DNA of 64,000 bases, from NCBI RefSeq assembly GCF_963921235.1, contig NC_086108.1, forward strand, positions 102,054,001-102,118,000, in the 5' to 3' direction. The stretch is from Mobula hypostoma (Eukaryota). Below are positions 46,250-59,306 of this stretch, piece after piece. The position numbers and the translations under genes were made by a program. Each line of letters opens with the position of its first letter. The stretch's first letter is position 1. Under the pieces are notes generated by a model. The model had not been told where the DNA came from and did not search any database. It was given only the letters and a program-made list of their open reading frames with translations.

Positions 46250-47415
46250 ACACAGGAGATTAGTGTGCAAACTTAAAGCACACGGTATTGGGGGTAAGGT
46301 ATTGGTGTGGGTGGAGAATTGGTTAGCAGACAGGAAGCAAAGAGTGGGAATAAACGGGACCTTTTCAGAATGGCAGGCGGTGACTAGTGGGGTACCGCAA
46401 AGCTCAGTGCTGGGACCCCAGTTGTTTACAATATATATTAATGACTTGGATGAGGGAATTAAATGCAGCATCTCCAAGTTTGCGGATGACACGAAGCTGG
46501 GTGGCAGTGTTAGCTGTGAGGAGGATGCCAAGAGGATGCAGGGTGACTTGGATAGGTTAGGTGAGTGGGCAAATTCATGGCAGATGCAATTTAATGTGGA
46601 TAAATGTGAAGTTATCCACTTGGGAGGCAAAAATAGGAAAACAGATTATTATCTGAATGGTGGCCGATTAGGAAAAGGGGAGGTGCAATGAGACCTGGCT
46701 GTCATTATACACCAGTCATTGAAAGTGGGCATGCAGGTACAGCAGGCGGTGAAAAAGGCGAATGGTATGCTGGCATTTATAGCGAGAGGATTCGAGTACA
46801 GGAGCAGGGAGGTACTACTGCAGTTGTACAAGGCCTTGGTGAGACCACACCTGGAGTATTGTGTGCAGTTTTGGTCCCCTAATCTGAGGAAAGACATCCT
46901 TGCCATAGAGGGAGTACAAAGAAGGTTCACCAGATTGATTCCTGGGATGGCAGGACTTTCATATGAAGAAAGACTGGATGAACTGGGCTTGTACTTGTTG
47001 GAATTTAGAAGATTGAGGGGGGATCTGATTGAAACGTATAAGATCCTAAAGGGATTGGACAGGCTAGATGCAGGAAGATTGTTCCCGATGTTGGGGAGGT
47101 CCAGAACGAGGGGTCACAGTTTGAGGATAGAGGGGAAGCCTTTTAGGACCGAGATTAGGAAAAACTTCTTCACACAGAGAGTGGTGAATCTGTGGAATTC
47201 TCTGCCACAGGAAACAGTTGAGGCCAGTTCATTGGCTATATTTAAGAGGGAGTTAGATATGGCCCTTGTGGCTACGGGGGTCAGGGGGTATGGAGGGAAG
47301 GCTGGGGCGGGGTTCTGAGTTGGATGATCAGCCATGATCATAATAAATGGCGGTGCAGGCTCGAAGGGCCGAATGGCCTACTCCTGCACCTATTTTCTAT
47401 GTTTCTATGTTTCTA
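46250..47415 (+). mobile_element. Young 5'-truncated CR1 LINE, same subfamily as 37358-39540
   Basis: ORFs 46263-46691 and 46719-47318 nearly identical to the 546-aa RT; tail (TTTCTATG)n. Confidence 0.93.
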
Positions 47416-47514
47416 TTCCTTTTAATTAGAGTAATCCAACACATTTTTATTTCATTCTTTTTATCTGTAACACAGTATTATAATACATTTTTCAGTGAAC
47501 TCAATAAATTTAAA

Positions 47515-50500
47515 GGCATGTAATAAGGGCAATGTTACTATAGTCATAGGGGACTTCAATATACGGGTAGATTGGGAAAATCAGGTTGGTGCTGGATCCA
47601 AAGAGAGGGAATTTGCAGAATGCCTCTGAGGTGGCTTTTGAGAGCAGCTTGTGGTTGAGCCCTCTAGCGGATCAGCTATTCTGGATTAGGTGTTGTGTAA
47701 TGAACCGGATATGATTAGAGAGCTTAAGGAAAAGGAACATTCAGGAAGCATAATTATAATAAAATTCACCCTGCGGCTTCATAGAAAGAAGATAAAGTCA
47801 AATGTATCAGTATTCCAGTGGAGTAAATGGAATTAAAAAGACATAAGAAAGGAGCTGGCAAAGTTTGATTGGAAGGGAACCTGGACAGGGATGGTGGCAA
47901 AACAGCAAAGGCTGGAGTTTCTAGGAGCATTCCAAAGGGTCAATTTGGATACACTCCAAAGATGAAGAAGTCATGGTCATAGAAAAGTACAGCACAGAAA
48001 TAGGCCTTTCATCCCATGCAGTCCATGCTAAGCTATTTAAACGGCCTACTCCCATTGAACTGCACCAAGAGCCCAGCTCTCCATATCCCTACTAACCATG
48101 TACCTATCCAAACTTCTCTTAAACTATGAAATTGAGCTTTCATGCAACACTTGCACTGACTCTCATAGCCCTCTGACTGAAGATGTTTCCCCTCATGTTC
48201 CCCTTAAACATTTCACCTCTCATCCTTAACTAATGACCTCAGTTGTAGTCCCAACCAAACACAGTGGGAAAAGCCTGCTCGCATTTATCCTACCTATATC
48301 CCTCATAATATTGCATACCTCTGTCAAATCTCCTCTGAATATTCTAAGATCCAAGGAATAAACATAGAAACCCTACATCACAATAGAGGCTCTTTGGCCC
48401 ACAATGCTGTGCCGAACATGTACTTACTTTAGAAATTACCTAACGTTACCCATAGCCCTCTATTTTTCTAAGCTCCATGTACCTGTCCAAGAGTATCTTA
48501 AAAGACCTTATTTTAACTGCCTCCACCACCGTCACCAGCAGCCCACTCCACACATTCAGCACTCTCCATGTAAAAAAACTTACCCCTGACACCACCTCTG
48601 TACATACTTCCAAGTACCTTAAAACTGTGCCCTCTAATTTCCTAACCTATTCAATCTTTCCATATAACTTAGATCCACCAGATCTTTGTAAATTTCCTCT
48701 GTACTCTTTCAACCTTATTTAAATCTTTTCTGTAGATTGGTGATCAAAATACTCCAAATTAAGCCTCACCAATATCTTATACAACATTAACATAACATCC
48801 CATCTCCTGTATTTATTACTTTGATTTATGAAGGCCAATGTGCCAAAAGCTTTACTTATGACCCTACCAACCTGTGATGCTACGTTCAATGAATTATGGG
48901 CCTGTATTCCCAGATCTCGTTGTTCTACTGCACTCCTCAGTGCCCTACCATTCACTGTGTAAGACCTACCCTGGCACTTGTCAGCAGTGAATTTCATCTG
49001 CCATTTTTCAGCCCATTTTCTAGCTGGTCTAGATTCCCCTGCAAGCCATGATAGTCTTCCTCGCTGTCCATACACCCCAGACTTGGTGTCATCTGCAAAT
49101 TTGGTGATCCAGTTAACCACAATATCATCCAAATCGTTGACATAGATGACAAACAATAAAGGATCAGCACAGACTCCTGCAGCACCCCACTAATCTCAGG
49201 CCTCCAGTCAGAAAGGCAACCATCTACTACCACTCTTGGATGACAGAATTGAGGACTTTATGGCCAATTTTTTTTTTTTTTTGCAGACAATATAAAGATA
49301 GGTGGAGAAATGGGTAGTGTTGAGAAAGCAGGGTGTGTTCAGAAGGACTTGAATAGATTGGGAGAATGGGCAAACAATTGGCAGATGGAATAAGACTATA
49401 AACTATAGGAGCAGAATTAGGCCATTTCATCATGGCCAATCTAATTTTCCTCTCAGCCCCCAATCGTCTGAGTTCTCCCTGTATCCCTTCATTCCCTGAC
49501 CAATCAAAAATCTATGAACTTCATCCATAAATATACATAAAGACTTGGCCTCCACAGCTGCATGTGGTAAAGAATCCACAGATTCACTACTCTCTGGCTA
49601 AAGAAATTCCTCCTCAGCTCTGTTCTAAAAGGACATCCCTCTATTCTGTGACTGTGTTCTCTGGTCTTAGACTCTCCCATCATAGGAAATATCCTCTCCA
49701 CATCCACTCTATTAAGACCTTTCACCCTAGAAATATAATGTAGTGAAGTGTGTGGTCATGCATTTTGGTAGAAGGAATAAAGGTGTAGACTATTTTTAAA
49801 CAGGGAGAAAATTCAAAAATCAGACATGCAGAGGGACTTGGAAGTCCTTGTGCAGGATTTTTTGTGAAAGTTAACTTGCAGGTTAAGTTGGCGATAAGGA
49901 AGGCAAATGCAATGTTATCACTTCATTTCGAGAGGACTAGAGTGCAAGAACAAGGTTGTAATGCTGGGGTTTTATAAGGCATTGGCCAGACTGCATTTGA
50001 AGTATTGCAAGCAGTTTTGGGCCCCTTGTCTAAGGACATACAGGCATTGGAGAGGGTCCAGAGGATGTTCACAAGAATGTTTCTAGGAATGAAAATGCTA
50101 ACGTGGAACTTTTGATGGCTTTGGACCTGTACTTGCGAGAGTTTAGAAGAATGGAGAAATCTGACTGAAACTTATCAAATATTGGAAGGCCTAGATAGAG
50201 TGGATGTGGAGGATGTATCCTATCGTGGGGGAGTCTAGGACCTGAAGGCACAGCCTCAGAATAGAGGGACATCCATTTACATCAGCGATAAGGAGGAATT
50301 TCTTGAGCTGGAGGGTGGTGTATTTGTGGAATTCATTACCGTGGATGACTGCGGAGGCCAAATCATTGAGTATATTTAAAGCAGAGATTGATAGGTTCTT
50401 GATAAGTCAGGGCATCAAAGGTTACAGGGAGAAGGCAGGAGAATGGGGTTTGGGGGATAATAAATCAGCATGATAGAATAGCAGGGCAGACTTGATGGAC

Positions 50501-50540
50501 CAAATAGCCTAAATTAGCTACCGCGTCTTATGGTCTTAAA
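47515..50540. mobile_element. Stack of decayed CR1 fragments in both orientations
   Basis: Plus APE fragment 47515-47970; minus RT/3' end 47975-49240; plus 49240-50540 with nested minus 3' end 49395-49727. Confidence 0.8.
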
Positions 50541-50559
50541 GAATGGAAGCGGGGTCCTG

Positions 50560-53330
50560 AGTTTAAAGTTCAAAGCAAATGTATTATCAATGTACATAAA
50601 TATCACAATATACAATTCTGAGATTTGTTATCTTGCAGGCATACTCAGTAAATACAAGAACCAATGAAAGATAGCATCCAGCAGAATGGGCAGACAACCA
50701 ATTTGTAAAAGATAACAAACTGTCCAAATACAAAAGAAAAAATAAATAAAACAATAAATATCAAGAACATGAGATGAAGAGTCCTTGAGAGTGAGTCCAT
50801 AAATTGCAGGAACATTTCAGTGACGGGGCAAGTGAAATTGAGTAATGTTATCCCCACTGGTTCAAGAGCCTGATTGTTGCGGGGTAATAACTGTTCCTGA
50901 ACCTGGTGTTGAAAGTCCTGACACTCCTGTATCTTCTTCCTGATGGCAAAGCACCCTGACGATGGATGGTGCTTTCCTGCAACAGCACTCCTTGTAGATG
51001 TGCTTAATGGTGGGGAAGGTTTTACATGTGATGGACTAGGCCATATCCACTACTTTTCGTAGGATATTCTGTTCAAGGGCATTAGTGTTTCCATAGTAGG
51101 CTGATACAACCAGTCAATATACTATCCACTGTGCATCTTAAATATTTACAAACTTCTAAGGAAGCAGAGGTTCTACCTTGCTTTCTTCATAATTGCACTT
51201 ACATGCTAAGCCCAGGACAGGTCCTCTGAAATGATAACATCAAAAAAAATTTGAAGTTGATGACCCTCTCCACCTCTGATCCCTGATGAGGACTGGCTCA
51301 TGGACTCCAGTTTCCTCCTCCTGAAGTCATTAATCAGCCCCTTGGTCTGACTGGCATTGAGAGAGAGGTTGATATTGTGGCACAACTCAGCCATATTTTT
51401 TATCTCCCTTTTATATGCTGTTCAAGACCACCTTTGATTCAGTCACTGTCAGTAGTGGGATTAGCAAACTTAACTATGGCATTGGAGCTATGTTTAGCCA
51501 CACAATCATAAGCGTAAAGTGAGTAGAGCAGGGGGCTAAGCACACTGCCTTGTGGTGCACCTGTGTTGATGGAGATCGTGTAGGAGATGTTGTTACCAAT
51601 CTGAACTGACGGTAGTCTGCAAGTGAGAAAATTGAGGATCCAATTGCATATTGAGACCAAGGTCTTGAAGCTTATTGATCAGTTTTGAGGGTGTAATCAT
51701 ACTGAATGCAGAGTTGTAGTCGATAAAGAGCATCCTGATGTAGGCATCTTTGCTGTCCAGATGTTCAAAGGTTGAGTGAAGAGTAAATGAAATGGCATCT
51801 ACTGTGGATTTGTTGTCCGGTTGGCAAATTAAAGCAGATCCAAGTCGCTGCTCAGGCAGGAGTTAATGTTTCATCACCAACCTTGCAAAACATTTCATCG
51901 TTATGGATGCAACTGCTGCCAGGTGATAGTCATTGAGGCAGTTTACCAAGTTCTTCTTAGGCACTAGTATAATCGAAACCTGCTTGAAGCAGATAGGTAC
52001 CTCAGACTGCCAATGAGACAGGTTAATGATATTGGTGAACAGTCCAGCTGGATGATCAGCAAAGCCCTTTAGTACTTGGCTAGGCACCCCATTTGGACTG
52101 ATGTTTTCCATGGGTTCACGGATGCTCTCATGTCTGCCTCAGGGACTGAAATCACAGGGTTATTAGGAACTCTGGGAGGTCATGAAGATTCCGCCATGTT
52201 CTGTTGGTCAAAGCAAGCATGGAAGGCACTGAGCTCACCTGGGAGCAAATTCCTGTTGAAAGTTCCAGATAAATTTATTATCAATATAGATGTCACCATA
52301 TAAAACCCTAAGATTCACTTTCTTGTGAGCATACTAAATAAATCAAAAATAGAATAATGCGCTTGATTTCAGTTTATAAGAGGTAATGTCATTCAAGCCC
52401 TGCCACTGCTGCCAAACATCCTTGATTGAAGTTTAGTCTGGAATTGCCATTTCACCGGTGAGATGGCTTTCTGGAGATCATACCCGGTCCTCTTGTATCT
52501 TAGTTACTTGCCTTATCTGAATGCCTCTGATCTGGTCCTCAGCAGATTGCAGATCTCATGGTTCATCCAGGGCTTCTGGTTGGGGAAAACTCCGAATGAT
52601 GTCCTGGGGACATACTCATCTCAACTGCTTTTATAAAGTCCGTGACAACTGTAATATATTCATTCAAATCACTGATGAGTCCTTGAGATGGCCCAGACCA
52701 CTGACTCAAAGCAATCCCATAGCCGTTCCTCTACCTCCCATTGCCACATCTTTGCTGTCCTTGTCTCTGGAATCTTGCTCTTTAGCCTCTGCCTGTACGC
52801 AGGTAGGAGATGGGCAGGTAGGAGATGGACAGTCAAGTGATCCGTTTTCTTGAAATGTAGTTGGGAATGAAACAGTAGATATTCCTGATCATAGTATAGC
52901 TGTGGTCTAGTGTATTGGGACCTCTGGTGCTACAGGTTATATGTTGATGGTAATTGGGCAGCAATTTCTTCAAACATGAATGATTTAAGTCCCAACAAAG
53001 ATTTCAATTGTGTTGGGGTGGACTGTTTTATGTTTGTTGATGACAGCATGCTGTATCTCAAGTGCTTGATTGTAGTTACCCGATGGTAGTATGTAAATTG
53101 TGATCAGGCTCTCTTGGTAAATGGAATGGCTGGCACTTTAGGTGCTCCAGGCTTGGGGAATACAAGTACGAGAAAGCCATCACGTAAGAACATCACTGAG
53201 AGTTTACTATGAAATACACAACCCCACCTTTTGCATTTTCTTAATCAACACTTCCATCCTGGATATTGAGAAGCCATCAGGTCTGATTGCCGAATCCGGG
53301 ATGCTCAGAATGAGGCATGTCTCAGCAAAA
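50560..53330 (-). mobile_element. Decayed Rex1/Babar-type LINE (3'UTR, RT, partial APE)
   Basis: [18 protein letters not shown]...IVKFA (51439-51660); VPKKNLVNCLNDYH...MKCFARLV (51863-52111). Confidence 0.85.
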
Positions 53331-53737
53331 CACAGAACACAACAAATCCTCATTTACTCTGATACAACAATCTTACCCTCACGTTCTCAATCTTGTTCTC
53401 CAGTGTGGGAACTGGAATCTGAGTGATTCTGATAGAAGCTCTGGAAATGGGGCTCAGGTGAGTTGAATGCATTCGTGACAGACACCACATAGTGTGAAGA
53501 ATTCCAAACCATCAGGATTTCTGAGTAGTTGGATAGTAGATTATGAGAATTTTAGGTTTGTCAAAGATAACGAGACAGCATCAAGTAGGTATGTTTTGCC
53601 TATAAGGTATAAACTCACTGTGTTTTAAACAATCATGATCTTAGACCCTGACCTCTGTATGCAAAATTATATCTTCTTAGTGGCTGTGAACCTTAGTTTT
53701 ATATCAAAAACATCAAAGAATCTTGCATCACTAGGTT

Positions 53738-54970
53738 TTAATAGGCACATTTAATGTCAGAGAAATGTGTACAATATACCGTACATCCTGAAATGCTTTT
53801 TCTTTGCAAACAACCACGAAAACAGAGGAGTGCCCCAAAGAATGAATGACAGTTATATGCTAGCACCCCAAAGGTCACCCAACTCCCCCCTCCCATACAT
53901 AAGCAGCAGCAAAGCAACAACCCCCTCACCCCCCCACCAGCAAAAAAGCATCTGCACCCCCACTGAGCACTCAAATGTGCAACAAAGCATCAGTAAAGAC
54001 ACAAACCTGCAGTACCCCAAAGACCACTTGGTCACCCAGTAATTCGACATAACACAGGCTCTCTCTCCCTATTAAGGGAAAAAAGAGGTGTCCCTGTTTC
54101 ACAGTGAAAGGGGGGACATAACAAAGAAACTCGTTGATTTATGGTGATTAAAAGTCTGTTGCGTCGCTTTTTCTGTGTTCTGTACTCAAAGAACTCAGGT
54201 CTCTGGGCACACAGCCAGCAGACAGCTCGCTACTTACATTTTTCTGTCTCCCAACTTTGAATCCGCATAATAATAGGAAAGCCACTGCACAATTTCTAAC
54301 GTACTGTCCAAAATCCACACTCCCTGTACAAGTGCCATAGATAGTAAACACCAGGTGTTACTCATACAAAATGCTAGAGGAAGTCAGCAGGTCAGGCAGC
54401 ATGGAGGGAAAGGAATAAAGAGTCAATGTTTCAGGCCGAGACCCTTGATCAGAACAGGCAAAGAAAGGGGGGAAAAAAGCCAGATTAATATGGTGGGGGA
54501 AGGGAAGGAGTACCAGTTGGTACGTCAGTCCATGGCCTCCTCTACAGTCACCAAGATTAAAGAGTTCTGATGTGTCTTCATTAGAACTGGGTTGCTGAGA
54601 TTTCCAATTCACTGAGATTCCGTTTGCACTATTTGTTTTCCTGCGTGGGGTGGGGGTGGTTGATATTCTCGATTGCATGATTTTATCTCACATGGAGGGG
54701 CTGATAATCATGTTGCCTTTCTTGTTGCTGTTTGGTGCGATTTGTTTGTTTTATTGTGCGGAGGGGTTTAGGGTTTGATGTTCTTGCCCTTAGCATGATT
54801 TATTTTTCTGTGTTGAGGGGTGATATGCCTTTGTGTGATATTTTTGTGTGGGGGATGATGTTTTTCTTTGAATGACTTCCATGGTTTTCTTTGTTTCAAG
54901 GCTAACAGGAGAAGATGAATTTCAGAGTTGCATACTGCATACATACTTTGATAATAAATGAACCTTTGAA
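53738..54970. repeat. SINE-like repeats with Rex1-like tails (minus 53738-54340, plus ~54530-54970) flanking a degenerate Penelope end (54360-54530)
   Basis: Ends resemble the Rex1 3'UTR; 54421-54455 is a decayed copy of the hammerhead region. Confidence 0.45.
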
Positions 54971-55294
54971 CTCTTTTCTGAACATTTGAGGTAAGGTGAG
55001 TGCCAGCTATTCTAAGCTTATAACAGTATGCCAATGTAGAATAACAGCTTCCCTAAATGAATTTTCTATTCACATCTTAGTCAGGGCCAAAGAATCCAGA
55101 GAACTAAAAGAACATACTCAAATCTCCACAGAAATTTACATTGACAATGGAAGTTGAGAGGTTCAAGCAATGAAAAAACAATTCAGGCAGCAAATCTTGT
55201 ATCTTCCCACTCGGAAGAACTTTACCTTTCTCGGGCAGTGAGAAACCAGAAGAGAAAAGGGAACAGCAGCAGCACAGCCAATTTTTCAACTAAA

Positions 55295-58200
55295 GTCAGT
55301 TGCATGAAGTGTATCCAGCTGCAGCTCCTTGAAGACCGTATTAGGGATCTGGAGCAGCAACTGAATGACCTTCAGCTTGTATGGGAGAGCGAGGAAATAA
55401 TTGATCAAAGCTACAGGAAAGTAGTCACCCCGAAGTTGCAGGAGGCGAAATAGGCAGATAGAGCAGAGCACCCCTGTGGCCTTTCCCCTCAAAAACATGC
55501 TTTGGATACTTTTGTGGGAGATGACCTCCCGGGGGAATGCCACAGCAACCGGGTTACAGACACTGGGCATGGGTCCATGGTGCGGAAGGGAAAGAGAGAG
55601 GAAGGGAGCAGTCGTGGTGGGGACTCGATAGTGAGGGGAACAGATAGGAAATTCTGAGGATGTGAATGGGACATCCAGATGGTATGTTGACTCCCAGGTG
55701 CCAGGGTCAGGGATGTCTCAGATCACATCCACAATACTTAGGAGAGGGAGGAGGAGAAGCCAGGTGTCTTGGTAGGTATTGATACCAATGACATAGGAAG
55801 GAAAAGTAATGAGGTCCTGAAAAGAGAATTTAGAGAGCTAGACAGAAAGCTGAGAAGCAGGACCTCCCCTGCCTGCGCCGTGTGCCAGTGAGGGTAGAAA
55901 CAAGATGATCTGGCAGATAACATACATCAAAGTTGCTAGTGAACGCAGCAGACCAGGCAGCAGCTCCAGGAAGAGGTACAGTTAACAGAGATGCTGCCTG
56001 GTCTGCTGCGTTCACCAGCAACTTTGATGTGTGTTGCTTGAATTTCCAGCATCTGCAGAATTCCTCGTGCTTGCGTGATTTGGCAGATAAATGCATGGCT
56101 GAGAAGCTGATGCAGGGGACAGGGCTTCAGGTTCTTGGATAATTGAGATCTCTTCTGGGGGAGGTATGACCTGTTCAAAAGTGATGGATTGCATCTGAAC
56201 CCGAGGGGGACCAATATTCTTGCAGGTAGGTTTGTTAGAGCTGTTGGGAAGAGTTTAAACTAACTTGGCAGCAGGGTGAGAACCGGATTGAAGGGACTCA
56301 GGATAGGATGGATGGTAAAAATGTAAAGATAGCATGCAGTCATATTGTCAGGAAGGGCAGACAGGTGATGGGACTTGGTTGCAGCCAACAGGCTGAATAT
56401 CAAATCATTAGGGATGCAGAATCAAAAAGGATAGCAAATACGGTACTCAAGGTGTATCTAAATGCATGTAGTATAAGAAATAAGGTGGATGATCTTGTTG
56501 CATTATTATAGATTTCCAGGTATGATGCTGTGGCCATCACTGAATCGTGGCTGAAGGATGGCTGTAGTCGGGAGCTGAATGTCCAAAGTTACACGTTATA
56601 TCGGAGGGATAGGAAGGTAGGCAGAGGGGGTGGTGTGCCTCCACTGGTAAAGAATGGCATCAAAGCAGTAGAAAGATGTGACATAGGATCAGAAGATGTT
56701 GAATCCTTGTGGGTTGAGTTAAAGAACTGCAAGGGTAAAATGATGATGACAGTTATATACAGGCCTCCTAACAGGGTGAGAGGTGAACCACAGGTTACTA
56801 CAGGAAATAGAAAATGTGAGACAAAAGGGCAATGTTATGGTAGTAATGGGAGATTTTAATATGCAGGTCGATTGGGAAAATCAAGTGGGTAATGAATCAC
56901 AAGAAAGTGAATTTGTTGAATGCCTAAGAGATAGCTTTTTAGAGCAGTTTGTTGTTAAGTCTCCTAGGGAATCAGCTATACTGGATTGGGTGTTATGTAA
57001 TGAACTGGAACCAATTAGAGAGCTAAAAGAACCCTTAGGAACCAGTGATCACAATATGATTGTGTTCAACTTGAAATTTGATAAGGAGAAAGTAAAGTCT
57101 GATGTAGCAGTATTTCAGTGGATTAAGAGCAATTACAGTGGTATGAGAAAAGAGTTGGGCATAGTGAGTTGGAAGGAGCTGCTGGCAGGGATGTAAGCAG
57201 AGCAGCAATGGTGTGCATTTCTGGGAAAAATGAGGAAGGTGCAGGACATATGTATTCCAAAAAGGAAGAAATACTCAAATTGTAAAATAGCACAACCGTG
57301 ACTGACAAGAGAAGTCAAAGCAATTGTAAAAGCAAAAGAAAAGGCATACAACAAAGCAAAAATTAGCGAGAAGATAGCGGACTGGGAAGTTTTTAAAAAC
57401 CTACAGTGAGCAACTAAAAAAATCATTAGAAGAGAAAAGACAAAATATGAAAGCAGACTAGCAAATAATATCCAAGTGGATAGTAAAAGTTTTTTCAAGT
57501 GTGTTAAAAATAAAGGAGAAATGAGAGTGGATATAGGACTGCTGGAAAATAAGGCAGGAGAAATAATAAGGGGGACAAGGAGATGGCTGATGAGTTAAAT
57601 GAGTATTTTGTGTCAGTCTTCACTGTGGAAGACACCAGTGGTTTGCCTGGTGTTATAGTGTGTGGAAGAAGAGAAGTGGGTGTAGTTACTGTTACAAGAG
57701 AGAAGGTGCTCAAAAAGCTGAAAGATCTAAAGGTACAAAAGTCACCCAGACCAGAGGAACTCCACCCTAGGGTTCTGAATAGAGATTGTGGCAGCATTAG
57801 AAATGATCTTTCAAAAATCATTGGACTCTGGCATGGTGCCAGAGGACTGGAAAATTGCAAATGTCACTCCACTCTTTAAGAAAGGAGGAAGGCAGCAGAA
57901 AGGAAATTATAGACCAGTTAGCCTGATCTCAGTGGTTAGGAAGATGTTGGAGTCAATTGTTAAGGATGAGGTGATGGAGTACTTGGTGACACAGGACAAG
58001 ATAGTACAAAGTCAGCATGGTTTCCTTCAGGGAAAATCCTGCCTGACAAAATTGTTGGAATTCTTTGAGGAGATTACAAGTAGAATAGATAAGGGGGATG
58101 TAGTGGATGTTGTATATATGGACTTTCAGAAGAACTTTGACAAGGTGCCACACATGAGGCTGCTTACCAAGTTAAGAGCCCATGGTATTACAGGAAAGTT

Positions 58201-59260
58201 ACTAACATGGTTAGAGCATTGGCTGATTAGTAGGAGGCAGCGGCTGGGAATAAAAGGATCCTTTTCTGGTTGGCTGCCAGTGACTAGTGGTTTTCCGCAA
58301 GGGTCGGTGTTGGGACCACTTCTTTTTATGCTGTAGATGATGGAATAAATGGCTTTGTTGCCATGTTTACAGATGATACAAAGATTTGTGGAGGGGCAGG
58401 TAGTGTTGATGAAACAGATAGGATGCAGAAAGTCTTAGCTAGATTAGGAGAATGGACAAGAAAGTGGCAAATGAAATACCATGTTGGAAAATGCATGGTC
58501 ATGCACTTTGGTAGTAGAAATAAAAAATGTGGACTATTTTCTAAATGGGGAGAAAATCCAGGAATCTGAGATGCAGAGGGACTTGGGAGTCCTTGTGTAG
58601 AACACCCTGAAGTTGAGTTGGTGGTGAGGAAGGTAAATGCTCATTTCAAGAGGTCTAGAATACAAGAGCAGGGATGTAATTCTGAGGCATTATAAGGCAC
58701 TAGTAAGGCCTCACCTTGAGTATTGTGAACAATTTTGGCCCCTCATCTTGGAAAAGATGTGCTGGCATTGGAGAGGGTCCAAAGGAGTTTCACAAGGATG
58801 ATTCTAGGATTATCATGTAAGGAATCCCTGATGGCTTTGGGCTTGTACTCACTGGAATTCAGAAGGATGAGGGTGTATCTCATTGAAACCTTTCAAATGT
58901 TGAAAGGCTGAGACAGAGTAAATGTGGAAAGGATGTTTCCCATGGTTGGAGAGTCTAGGACAAGAGGGCACGGCCTCAGGTTAGAGGGATGGCCTTTCAA
59001 AACATAGATGCGGAGAAATTACTTTAGCCAATGGGTGGTGAATTTGTGAAATTTGTTGCCACATACAGCTGTGGAGGCCAGGTCATTGAGTGTATTTAAG
59101 GCAGAGATTGATAGGTTCATGATTCGACATGGCATCACAGGTTACTGAGAGAAGTCCAGAAACTGGGGTTGAGGAGGAGATAAAAAAGGATCAGCCATGA
59201 TTGAATGGCCGAGCAGACTCAATGGGCCAGATAGCCTAATTCTGCTCTGATGTATTATGG
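55295..59260 (+). mobile_element. Near full-length decayed CR1 LINE (ORF1 remnant, ORF2, 3'UTR)
   Basis: CMKCIQLQLLEDRIRDLEQQL; VVGDSIVRG; AITESWL; VMGDFN; RT motifs at 57788-58336. Confidence 0.9.
55921..56075. mobile_element. Miniature Penelope insertion made of two inverted termini
   Basis: ~45-bp inverted arms matching the PLE end; 15-bp TSD TGAT(C/T)TGGCAGATAA at 55906-55920 and 56076-56090. Confidence 0.85.
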
Positions 59261-59306
59261 GCTAAAGTAGAAAATGGTAGGAACATTGAACAGGTCAGAC
59301 ATTATA

